NCBI RefSeq assembly: GCF_006345805.1
Contig: NW_021832718.1
Span: 37,265-101,264 of the forward strand
Origin: Octopus sinensis
Lineage: Eukaryota
Direction: 5' to 3'
Length of the DNA stretch: 64,000 nucleotides
The notes beneath the pieces were generated by a model, which did not search any database, was not told the DNA's origin, and saw only the letters and a list, made by a program, of their open reading frames with translations. This document shows positions 11,474-22,800 of the stretch, one piece after another (positions within the stretch are counted from its first letter, which is position 1; each line of letters starts with the position of its first letter). A program made the position numbers and the translations under genes.

Positions 11474-12246
11474 GCACGCACACATGTACATCAATGCTTT
11501 CGGAGTGAAATGTTAAAATATTGAGTTTTCTCGAATTTTGTCTTAATTGGGGGTGAAATTGAAAGAAATTTGTTATGGCATGACCGAATGGAGTACTTTG
11601 AAAAATCTTAGGTAAACTCTAATTGAAGAAATTGTGTGAGGAGTAAATCGTTATGTATTTATTTGTTTCTGTTTGCTGTGTTTTTTTTTTATTTTTTGAG
11701 TAGTGGTTTAAGGTACACTTGCAAAGAGAAAGTGGGAGAAATTATGTTGATAGCATGAGTGATCCGTTTTATAGAAATACTTTCAGTTTAGTCTTCCTCA
11801 AATCACTCTGTCGCTATTTACTCTCTTCCAAGAACATTTTCACTCACTCTTATCTCTTAGCTTGCCATACATTTTACTCATGTATCTATCAGCGTGATAG
11901 ACAGAAACAAATATTACATCGCCATCGCCATCGCCATCGCATTCTATTGTCTACCTGTCAACACACACACAGTGAATTACTTTCAGTTTATTCGTTGCAC
12001 ACTGTGTGTGTGCGTGTGCGTGTGGTGTAAACCACATTAAGAAAAGCATTTGACATACACACCAGAATGTGAGTTTTCTGTAAATTTTGCTTAATTGGAG
12101 TTTAAATTTTAAAAACTGGACCTGGCATGACCCGATGCATTCTACTCTTAAAATGCTAGGTAAATTGTAATTGAAGAAATCCTATATTGTAGATTTCTAT
12201 AACTGACAAAGGGAGGCAGATAAAATCTGCCTTTTATAATAAGAGA
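10277..12246 (-). mobile_element. Larger Helitron-like element body with its own 5' end
   Basis: A|TCTCTTATTATAAAAGGCAG 5' end at 12246. Internal microsatellites and two diverged ~150-bp modules (about 11500-11640 and 12060-12190). Confidence 0.55.
11395..11470. repeat. (CA)n microsatellite
   Basis: Long pure CA run seen directly. Confidence 0.95.
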
Positions 12247-12256
12247 TATAGCAACT

Positions 12257-12394
12257 TTAATCATTCCCTATTTGTCTGTGCTCCTTTTGTCTTTTTAACG
12301 TGGTTGGTAAGTTGGTAGGAATAACGTCTTTCGAAGGATCTTTATGTTTCAAAATAATGAGGCATTTCACCGTCACCTCTTCTTTACCATTCAT
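12257..12394 (-). CDS. MRPL9: MRPL9 terminal coding exon (138 nt incl. stop)
   Basis: tttcag|ATGAATGGT acceptor; TAA at 12257-12259. Confidence 0.75.
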   Translation of the reverse strand: MNGKEEVTVKCLIILKHKDPSKDVIPTNLPTTLKRQKEHRQIGND

Positions 12395-12441
12395 CTGAAA
12401 TGTAAAGAAGTAAATATAGTCACAGGTATCTGGTGTGTACT

Positions 12442-12472
<31 letters not shown>

Positions 12473-14674
12473 TAAAAGTACATGCATTTCTTTAAACAGC
12501 ATGTTTGGTTCAACAACTGGCTTAATATTAAGCCAATTCAAGTCTCTGACAATGCATCCAGTTATTGTTTAGCCCTAGGCCAGACCTATAATTAATGGTA
12601 TTCCAGTCATGATCATTATTCTCTTCAAGCATAGAGCATCTAGGACTTCATTATCCAATGTAGCCTTCTTCAATTTTTTAGATGATAAGGTAAGATTTGA
12701 GAAAGGTTTTACTATTTCTGGCATACTGGGTGATCATGAAGAGTCTCCATCATTGGCTTTAATACATCCAGTTAGTATAAGAAGTCAATGCATGTATTAC
12801 AGGTAATGAAACAGAAAAGGCAAAATTGAGAGTAAAACTTAGTTTTCACTATTGTTTTAGTAGAGATAGAGTAACAGTAGAGAAATACAGACAAGATATA
12901 TAAATAACAACAATAAAATTGTCGGTGATCTTCTAGAAGTAACTTGAAAACACAAGCTTACTTTCAATTGTATATCTATTTCCTCAGGTTCTGTAATTAT
13001 TTTATCAGGCAGAGTGATGACTTCTTCAGCTACTTCAACACCCTTCAGAAACAGAAAGAGAATTAAAAGGAAAATAAGAGAACAAACAATATTACTGTAA
13101 TTGTATTAATTGACCTAATGAATATGCTAGATAGTATATCTATTATTTGGACTAATTGTTGAAATACAGGGTTTATTCCTTTTCATACATAAAGGGATTA
13201 CACGAGGCATGTAGATGTGAATGTGGCCTCAAACGTTCTGGTGAAAGGTAAGATTTATGATAAACTAATGCAAAATATATAGCTCTTGAATCTAGGCTAT
13301 AAATTTTCATTTTTACATATCATCATAAGTGCATTAGGCTATGTATCTAGGGATCTGCACAAAAAAAATCCAATCTGTTAATGGCACAGCAAAAATTTGT
13401 AAGATGTTCAAAAGATTCTTGATCTGAGATACTTTAGATAAATATGTGCATACACTTGGCTGTGTTCATCTACAAGGACATACAATGTACATGTCAATGT
13501 CTATCATGAGCTGTGAAGCAGAAAATAATTCCTCAAAGATAGTCTTTATAAAGAACAAATTTCACTCTATTATTACTGAAGAGCACTTAAATTCTTTATC
13601 CATATAGTCTGTAAAGAATGACATACAAGGTACTTGACAATGTCTATCATGAGCTGCGAAGCAGAAAATAATTCCTCAAAGATAGTCTTTATAAAGAACA
13701 AATTTCACTCTACTATTACTGAAGAGCGCTTACATTCTTTATCCAAACAGTCTGTAAAGAATGACATTGCAAGGAAACTCTTAATATGATAAAAGTTAAG
13801 TTTACATGAATAAATTGCAGAAAAAAGAGCAGTTTGTGAAATGTGGTTCATGTAATATGTATTCTCACAGGTGTTTAAAATGAAAGATTATATTAACTCT
13901 AGTCTTTGCTATGTTTTATTTCATTAATCTACATATCATCAAGCATAAATAATGCCTAATTTTCATCCTTCCATATCTTAAAAACTATATGAGAAGTAAC
14001 ACAGTATAGCAATTTAAACCAAAAGCTGAGATGTGCTGGTTAAATTTTATTTAAAAATTTCTAGTAATCTGTCATGGAACAAGCATATCGAAAAAGGTAA
14101 CAGTGATCACTCAGTGCATGTTACTGGGAGAAAGAGGCTCACTGCATGGCCCTTTTTTCCATAGATTTCACATTTTCCATCCTTTGGGCTTCAAAGTCCT
14201 TGCATGGGTAGTAGGGCCTTTCACATCTTGCTGAAAGGTATTCTATAATTATCCTACAAGAGTGGAAGGTGTGGGATGTAATAGTTCAAACTTTAGGACC
14301 ACAAAAATGAAAGTCAGCTACTGACTAGATTAAAATAGATGTACTTTTGGAGTAAATATGCAACACTGCATGTTACATGTTACTCTAAAGTTTTTAGGAT
14401 AATTTAGGCCCTACAATCAAGATTCATGTTATATCTTTTACAGTATTTACTCTTCTCAAAGTATATTCAATCAAAATTAATCTTCTTTAGCATAATATGG
14501 TATCTGCTGAGTCTATCTTCACAATTAGTTAAAGATTATAAAAGAAAATAGTTAAACAGTAGAATACTTTACCCTCAGTCTAAAAGCCACAACAACATGC
14601 TCCTTGCTCAACACCCATGGATTATCACCACTCATTGGAATAGCAAGGTACATGTTAGATAATGTTTTCAGAGT
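12257..14674 (-). CDS. MRPL9: Mitochondrial ribosomal protein L9 (bL9m), last three exons: join(14573-14674, 12962-13042, 12257-12394)
   Basis: AG/GT-bounded phase-0 exons splice to TLKTLSNMYLAIPMSGDNPWVLSKEHVVVAFRLR-GVEVAEEVITLPDKIITEPEEIDIQLK-MNGKEEVTVKCLIILKH...*. This matches the metazoan mRpL9 C-terminal pattern (PW.L...HV..AFR..GV.V.E..I.LP...IT.P...NG.E.V.V). 5' exons not found. Confidence 0.82.
12962..13042 (-). CDS. MRPL9: MRPL9 internal exon (81 nt)
   Basis: ttctgaag| ... |gtaagc; GVEVAEEVITLPDKIITEPEEIDIQLK. Confidence 0.82.
13496..13775. repeat. Tandem duplication, 143-bp period, in an MRPL9 intron
   Basis: 13496-13638 is repeated at 13639-13775 with few substitutions. Confidence 0.9.
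14573..14674 (-). CDS. MRPL9: MRPL9 internal exon (102 nt)
   Basis: tttgtag| ... |gtaaag; TLKTLSNMYLAIPMSGDNPWVLSKEHVVVAFRLR. Confidence 0.82.
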
Positions 14675-15380
14675 CTACAAATAAAATATCAAGAAATTAT
14701 TACCGTCATCATTGGTTTAATGATTATATCTTTCACACAAATAAAGCAGCTATCCTCTCAGAATTCTATTTTTATGACAGTTTTATTTCCATTGTTCTGT
14801 GTTAACATATAGCCAAGATGTTAAATTTTTGTTTTGTGTTGGAGCAAATTTACAGTTACAGCTACCTGTTACCACTTAACCCAGGGAACAGAGAATAAAA
14901 TGCATTTTTATCAACCAAGTAGACTGAAGCCTGTAGATTTATATTCCTTGAAAAGGCTCATGAACTTACAAAATTGGGGACATAAATGAAGTAATGTGAC
15001 ATGCCATCATCCTAATAATAATGTTTCCTAACAGGCGGCATAAAGCTACATATTTTGCTAGCAGAGAACAGTTGATTAAATCAAATCCATTATTTGACTG
15101 GTTTTATTTTATCAACCTGGAAAGATAAAAGGCTGTGTTGACTTTGATGGGGTTTGAATGCATATGTAACTAAATATTGATTTTAAATTTTGGAACAAGA
15201 CCAGCAATTTCGGGAAGTGGGTAAGTTGATTACATCAGCTCCATAGTTCAACTGGTATTTGGCAGAATTTGAACTCAGAACATAAGATAGGTGAGATGCC
15301 ACCAAGTATTTTGCTCAGTGTGCTAATGATTTTGCCAGCTTACCACATTGATGTGACTAAATATTGGTTTCAAATTTTGG

Positions 15381-18300
15381 CATCATCATCATCATCATCA
15401 TCATCATTTAGCATCCGTTTTCCATGCTAGCATGGGTTGGACGGTTCAACTGGGGTCTGTGAAGCCAGAAGGCTGCATCAGGCCCAGTCTGATCTGGCAG
15501 TGTTTCTACAGCTGGATGCCCTTCCTAACACCAACCACTCCGCGAGTGTAGTGGGTGCTTTTTACGTGCCACCTGCACAGGAGCCAGACGGAGCTGGCAA
15601 ACGGCCACGAACAGATGGTGCTTTTACGTGCCACCGGCACGGGGGCCAGGTGAGGCTGGCAACGGACACAAACGGATGGTGCTTTTACGTGCCACCAGCA
15701 CGGAGGCCAGTCGGGGCGGTGCTGGCAACGGCCACGAACGGATGGTGCTTTTTACGTGTCACTGGCACGGAGGCCAGTCGGGGCGGCACTGGCAATGGCC
15801 ACAATCGGATGGTTCGCTTACTTGTTACCGGCACTGGTATCACAGCTGCAATTTCCATTGATGTTGATCGACTTCGATTTTGGTTCTGCTTCTGATATCT
15901 GATTTGATTTGGTTTGATTTGATTTTGATTTTGATTTTCACTTACCTCAACGGGTCTTCACAAGTGGAGTTTTGTGTCCCAAGAAGGAAAGGTATGTATA
16001 AGTCGACTGGCTACATACCAGGTAGAGGCCACGGGTTATGGTCTCACTAGTCTTGCTGGGTCTTCTCACGCACAGCATACTTCCATAGGTCTCGGTCTCT
16101 AGTCATTTCCTTGGTGATACCTAAAGTGAGAAGGTTGTGCTTCACCACCTCGTCCCAGGTTTTCCTGGGTCGACCGCTTCCACAGGTTCCCTCAACTGCT
16201 AGGGTGTGGCACTTTTGCACACAACTATCTTCAGCCATTCTCGTCACATGACCATACCAGTGCAAACGTTTCTCTTGCACACCACAACTGATGCTTCTTA
16301 GGTCCAACTTTTCTCTCAAGGTACTTACACTCTGTCGATTATGAACACTGACATTACACATCCATCAGAGCATACTGTCTTCATTTCTTGCGAGCTTACG
16401 CATATCCTCAGCAGTCACGGCCCATGTTTCCCTACCATATAGCATGGCTGTACGTTCACATGCATCATACAGTCTGCCTTTTACTCTGAGCGAGAGGCCT
16501 TTTGTCACCAGCAGGGGTAAGAGCTCTCTAAACTTTGCCCAGGCTATTCTTACTCTAGCAGTTACACTTTCAGCACACCCACCCCCGCTACTGACTTGGT
16601 CACCTAGGTATCGGAAGCTATCAACTACTTCTAGTTTGACTCCCTGGAACGTGGTAGAAGTTGGTCTCTGCACATTTCCAGTGTTTATTGCTCCTGAGCA
16701 TCAGCCACATTCAAAAACTATTTTCCTAGTTAGCCTTCCTTTGACATTGCTGCACCTCTTATGTGTCCATAGCTTACACTTGGTGCACCTTTTCTACAGA
16801 TCGAGCAGGGCCATCTACCTGAAGTCGTTTGTGATTGGTCTACCTTCCTACTTATTAGGACTTTGGTTTTGGCTAGGTTGATTCTAAGGCCCTTCGATTC
16901 TAATCCTTGCTTCCACACCTGAAACTTCTCCTCCAGTTCTGATAGTGACTCAGCAATTAGAGCAAAGTCATCAGCATAGAGGAGCTCCCAGGGGCATCCT
17001 GTCTTGAATTCCTCCGTTATTGCCTGGAGGACTATGATAAATAGGAGGGGACTGAGGACTGAACCTTGGTGGACCCCAACCTCTACCCGGAATTCTTCAC
17101 TGTACTCATTGCCAACCCTCACCTTACTAGCAGCATCTCTGTACATGGCTCGCACAGCTCTCACTAACCATTCATCTATCCCTAGTTTCCTCATTGACCA
17201 CCAGATAAGAGATCGGGGGACCCTGTCGAAGGCTTTCTCCATGTCAACAAAAGCCAGGTACAGGGCTTATCTTTGGCTAGGTATTTCTCCGGCAGCTGTC
17301 TTACCAGGAATATAGCATCAGTAGTACTTTTCCCTGGCACGAACCCAAACTGCATCTCATCTAAGCTAACTCTCTCTCTAATAAGTTGGGCTATAACCCT
17401 CTCCGTAACCTTCATTACCTGATCCACCAGCTTAATACCCCTGTAGTTATTTGTATCTAGGGCGTCACCTTTACCTTTGTAGCAGTTGACTAGTATGCTG
17501 CTACACCAGTCATTGGGTATGACTCCTTCGTGTATCACCTGGTTAACTATATGGGTGACTAGGCTAAAGCCGACACTACCAGATATTTTGAGCATCTCTG
17601 CAGTAATTCCTGATGGGCCTGGGGCTTTCCCTGTTTTCATGCTTGTAATTGCCTTAACTACTAAGGAACTGTCAACTCGGATTGCTGGTCCCTCTGTTGG
17701 GTCGACATTCGGCAGACTCTCTTTATCCCATTCATTTTCCTCATTCAGCGACCTTTCATATTGGCGTCTCCAAACCTCTCTCTTTGCATCCTCATTTAGC
17801 ACAAGTGAACCGTCATCCTTGCGAACACATTTCTCTCCTACCACGTCACGATTCTCTCTCACACACTGTCTTGCAACACGAAATACCTCAAGTCTTTCAT
17901 CCTCACGGCGCAGAACATTGGCAAATTTTTTCTTATCTGCTTTCCCTCTGGCTAAATACACCTGCCTCCTAGCTTCCCTTCTGGCAGTCTGATACACTTC
18001 CCTGCTACCACCGTTCTTCCAGTCCTTCCAAGTCTGTTTCTTTTGTCTAATAGCCCTGTCAACAATATTGTTCCACCACCACGTTATTTTGGGTCTTGAG
18101 GGGACTTTGCACCAGTCACAGATCTGGTCAGTGGCTTTCAGCAGGTTGTCCCTCAGAAGCGTCCAGTTGTCTTCTACCCCATGTGTAGCTATACCCACTT
18201 CTATTTCGTCAAAGGCTTCAAGTAACATATCTCTAAATCTCTGTCCATTCGCAGGGTCTTTAAGCTTCCAGACCCTTCTTCTCCATGTTGGTCATCTTCT

Positions 18301-19250
18301 AGTCATCCTCTTAGTCCTGATCCTAAAGTCACTAACTACCAGTCTATGTTGTGGGGTGCATTCTTCGCCTGGGAAGGTTTTGGCATTTATAAGCAGCCTT
18401 CTTTCCCTTTTTCTGGCAAGGATGTAGTCGATTTGGCTAGTATGCCGGCCCGATCGGTAGGTGACCAGGTGGCTTGTCGGTTTCCTGAAGTTAGTGTTGC
18501 AAACCATAAGACTATTCGCATCGCAGAACTCCAGCAGCCTGGTTCCCTCCTCATTGCGGGAACCATAACCATAGCTTCCATGTACGCCATGGAAGGCCCC
18601 TGCATATCGTCCAACATGCCCATTGAAGTCACCAGCCACAAAGAGAAGGTCCCTGTCGTTCGTCAATGAGGTGGTCTGCAGTAGGGTGTCATAGAAACTG
18701 TCTTTCTGTCCATCGGGTAGTTCTGGCTGAGGGGCATAGGCCAATATAATGGTTGCTAATCTATGATGAAGCACTATTCTAATCTTAAGTATTCTGTCAC
18801 TTACTCTGATTACCTCAAGTACCTTATCTACCAATTTTTCAACGAGAGGTATACCCACGCCTCCAACCCCATCAGTGTTTCCTGCCCAGAAAATCTTGTA
18901 CCTGTTTCCTTTGCCTGTGAGGAACCTAGCAGAACCACCTCTCCACCTTACTTCTTGGATGCAACAGATATCAACTCGTCTCCGTTCAAGCATCTCAACA
19001 ATCTCACCAGACCTACCTTTCAGTGTGCCTACGTTGAGAGTGCCAACCCTGAGGGTGTGGAAGGTATGGGCCCTAGAGGCCCAGGGACGGGGAGCAGTGG
19101 TGTCATGTACCTGAAAAGAAAGCTCGCATTTGGCAGAATTCATAAGCAAAGCAATGATCTTAAGTTCAACCTGCTTCACAACACTATCATGTTTTGCGCC
19201 GTATGGTCACTACCTTATATAGTAGGGGTGGTATTGGCTTAAGGCCTTTA
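15381..19250 (-). mobile_element. Near full-length RTE-clade LINE (APE endonuclease + RT), frameshifted
   Basis: APE ORF 18292-19179 (GTLNVGTL, GDFNGHVG, SQIDYIL); RT pieces 17191-18228, 16730-17242 (QGSVLSP, YADD), 16365-16673, 16047-16361; repeat-containing 3' UTR and a (GAT)n tail at 15381-15407. 5' boundary approximate. Confidence 0.93.
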
Positions 19251-19254
19251 GGTG

Positions 19255-19727
19255 TTCATGGAAGAAAAGCAAAGGAAGACAAGATGAGATAAGGACTTCT
19301 GGTTTCACCGTACACTCTTGCAAATCCCAACCTGCTCACACTCTGTCTCAACACACTTATACTCACCTTGTACATTAAGGAAACACCCAGACTTGCTGCT
19401 CCTTCTAATCATTCTCATTCTCGTTCTTAAAGTTGAGTAACCATGTTGCTCCTCTACAAGAACATATTTGCCTCTCCCTTCTCCCTTTCCTTCATACTTT
19501 AACCCCTCATTTTCTTCCATACACGACACCCACCATCACCACCACCACAGGTCTTGTAGTTTTGTGACCTCACCATGCACTCAGTACACATTTTAAAGTG
19601 ATTGGTGTTAGGAAGGTTATCCAGCCATAGAAACTAGGCCGTTGCAGACACTAGAAGACAGCATGGTCCTTGTACACATTGGATCCTGTAAAACCATCTA
19701 GCCTATATGTAATGATGGTGATGATTG
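19255..19727 (+). mobile_element. Diverged RTE-related 3' fragment, opposite orientation
   Basis: GATGATGGTGATGAT tail at about 19712-19726; similar to the element at 50500-51700. Boundaries approximate. Confidence 0.55.
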
Positions 19728-19782
19728 TGTTTTAGATACTATTTAATGCATTTTTGAATACCTATCTTATATATCATTCCAT

Positions 19783-19863
19783 AACATTCTATACCACTTT
19801 GTAAACTCTATGGTGATAATGTAACCAAGTTTCAGGAACAGTTACGCAAACAAAGTTTACGAA
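19783..19863 (+). CDS. COMMD4: COMMD4 exon (81 nt), non-canonical acceptor
   Basis: ttccAT|aacattct ... cgaa|gtaagt. Confidence 0.75.
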
Positions 19864-22800
19864 GTAAGTATAAAATATTTAGTAGTTCTCACATATTCTA
19901 GTTAGTATGCTAGCTAAAGCACATTAAATCAATAGAAATTGTGTGCTACTTATTATATTGTCAGGGTAAAATGCTGAGATAAAAATAAGGACTTGGGTCT
20001 GCTAAGTACATTTTAAGTACAATAGTTGAAAAAGTATCAACTAATATCCACTAACTTACAAACTTTAAATTTTAGGCTGACTGACTCAACACAGTCTATA
20101 CAGAACAATTGAGGTGAACCTTATTTTGCTCACTTGTTATGTTGATAATACTCAGTGTATATAGAGACACTCTATTTGTTACCAAGTGTTATTATGTGTA
20201 TACACACCCTATTTGTTCAAAAACATTCTGAAAAAGAATTATTTTACATTCTCTCAAAGTTTCTAAATTCTTATAATATCAACTATATATCTTTCACTGG
20301 TTTCAGTCACTAGATTGTGGTCATACTGGGACACCATCTCAAAGAATTTTTAGTCAAATGTATTGACCCCAGTACTTATTTTTTTAAAGACTGGTACTTA
20401 TTCTGTCGATCTCTTGCCAAACCACTAAGTTATGGGGTCATAAACACACCAGCACTGATTGTCAAGTGGTGGTGGTGGTGGTAGTGAGGACAGACACAGA
20501 GACACACACACATATATGTACATATATACAACAGGCTTCTTTCAGTTTCCATCTACCAAATCCACTCGCAAGGTTTTGGTCAGCCCAAGGCTATAATATG
20601 AAACACTTGCTCAAGGTGCTTGCACTGAGACTGAGTCCTGAACCATGTGGTTGGGAAACACGCTTCTTACCACATAGCCAAGCAGTTATATATGACATCA
20701 GGTCATTTATAAAGGTATTAAATCAGCAGAATTATAATTAAGAAAAAATAATGACAGTCTTTGATAAATCCTTACAGTTGCTTTAAAAACTCAGTGATTG
20801 GTTGATGTAATAATGTGCATTATCAAACAGGTATACATTATGATTCAACTAACCATGCACACACACTGGAACACACACAGACACACACACAAATTTTAAA
20901 ATTTCCTGTTTAGGGGAGAGAGAGAGAGAGTTACCAATTTAGTTTTGACATCATCAATGTTGTTTACATCGCAGCTGGCAAGCTATGTATGTATGCATAT
21001 GTGTTTATATATATGTTTGTGTATATGTATATATTTGTGTTGGTGTGATATTGATATACATACATATATAGCTAATAGTGAGGGATTATCAATCCAGGCA
21101 AAATATTTCATAAGCTCTCTGTTGGCATACCTGGTATACTTATGGCAGGGCTATGATTCATCACAATTCTAGATTGTAAATCCATGGATGGCCTCCAGCG
21201 AAACAAGTTAAAAATAATAATCATTACATATTCCTCCTTTATTGGAGGAAATTAGGCTTACAGCAAGTATACAAATATATTAATTCTTTATGTTTCTTTT
21301 TTAATTTAGTATCACATATGAACTCAGTTCAGTGGCGGGTTGATTATGTTATCAGTTCGAAATCACTAAAGGTAAGGCATTAAGACATATAATATAGTAA
21401 TTTAAAAGTTTTTTTATTATTCAGCTATTTACAAATGTTGGATTTCAATATATCATGACTGTTTATTGATACTATAATATAAAATTGAACTAATATTTTT
21501 TTTTCAAATCAGTCTTTCTATGTATTAAATTTTTTGTTAATATGTTTGTATTACATACTACTTAACTGTGAAATTTTCTTGGTCTAGATATTTCTCTCAA
21601 GTGATGTGGTAATATTAAGGACTCTGAAGTATAATGTTTTGAATATTTTTTTGTCCCTTACTAGTTTCATTTCATAAACTGCAACTAACCTTCATACTAA
21701 TTTCAAGACCTTAGTCAGTTATATTGACTCTAGTACTTTGTCTTTCCGTCACACTGTTGTCAGTTTGAATTGCTGCTCACTCTGTTGAGTTAGCATGAGG
21801 TAAACCTTATTTATCCTATGCATTCTGCTCATTCAACAACCTATCATGGTAGCACTTCCATGTCATTAGAAGTAACAAGTGTGCTTTCATCATTTTGGAT
21901 ATACTATTCTCTGATGACATCTAGCTTCCTTCTGACTTACTCACTCTCTTGTGATACTGAACACCTCAACCTGTGATCCTCATATTGCAGAATACGTGCA
22001 CATCTCTTCCTTTCTGGTTCACCCTGAGTTTCTCTTTCAGCTACTTGATAATTCTCTCAATTTCTACATTCTTTACAACTCTATATACCATGTCATTCCA
22101 CCACAATATTCGATCTAGCTGGAACTTTGATTTGGTCACGTGTCTGATTTGTAACCCTGAGAAGGTTATCTCAGAGGAACTCATGGTCTTCATCTATGCT
22201 ATAAGGACCTAGCTTTGCCTCCCTAGATCTTGTTGTATTTCTTCAAACCTATAGCTAACTACAGGTTCCATGTCTTCTGTCTCTGAGTTTGTCTAGCTCT
22301 GACTCTGATGTCATCAGCCAATATTTTATGTTGGAGAGTGCATTTTTTACCAGGAAAGGATTTCATATTTACAGTGGCTTGCCTCTCGTATTTCCTTGTG
22401 AGGATGAAACCAATCTCACTTGATTTGTAGGTGATGAGACGACTGGCTGGTTTCTTAAAGTGTGTTGCAAATTATGTTGGTTGCATTAAAAAGCAGCAAG
22501 AGTCTTAAATCCTCCTTATTCTTCATACTATAGCCATTGCAGTACATGAGGAGAAGCAATAACAACAGCTGGTCAGTTTTTGTTATTTCAATGTTCTTGA
22601 ATTCTTTTCCAGACAGTAAACAAACCAAATGTACAGATATGTTTAAAAGTTGTAAACCCAGACACAGGAAACGCAAAACCAGTTGTATTTAATATGTCTG
22701 CAGAAAAATTTCGTGTTTTTCTAAATGGTAAGTCTTTTGATTAAAGCCTATTTAAATTTGAATTTTTAAGTCCTGGTTTTCTAAAGAGGATATTTTTGTG

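Noticed and set aside
12540-12800. Open stretch PSMPEIVKPF... between MRPL9 exons
   Set aside because: It overlaps a SINE-like repeat, and the flanking MRPL9 exons already join in phase.
15550-15840. CRISPR-like repeat-spacer pattern
   Set aside because: The units are degenerate tandem repeats in a LINE 3' UTR with no unique spacers, in eukaryotic DNA.
19110-19130. Splice-acceptor-like CTTTCTTTTCAG|GT shared by two RTE copies (also about 28943-28957)
   Set aside because: It is explained as conserved coding sequence (LSFQV), and an in-frame ATG exists upstream at 19141-19143.
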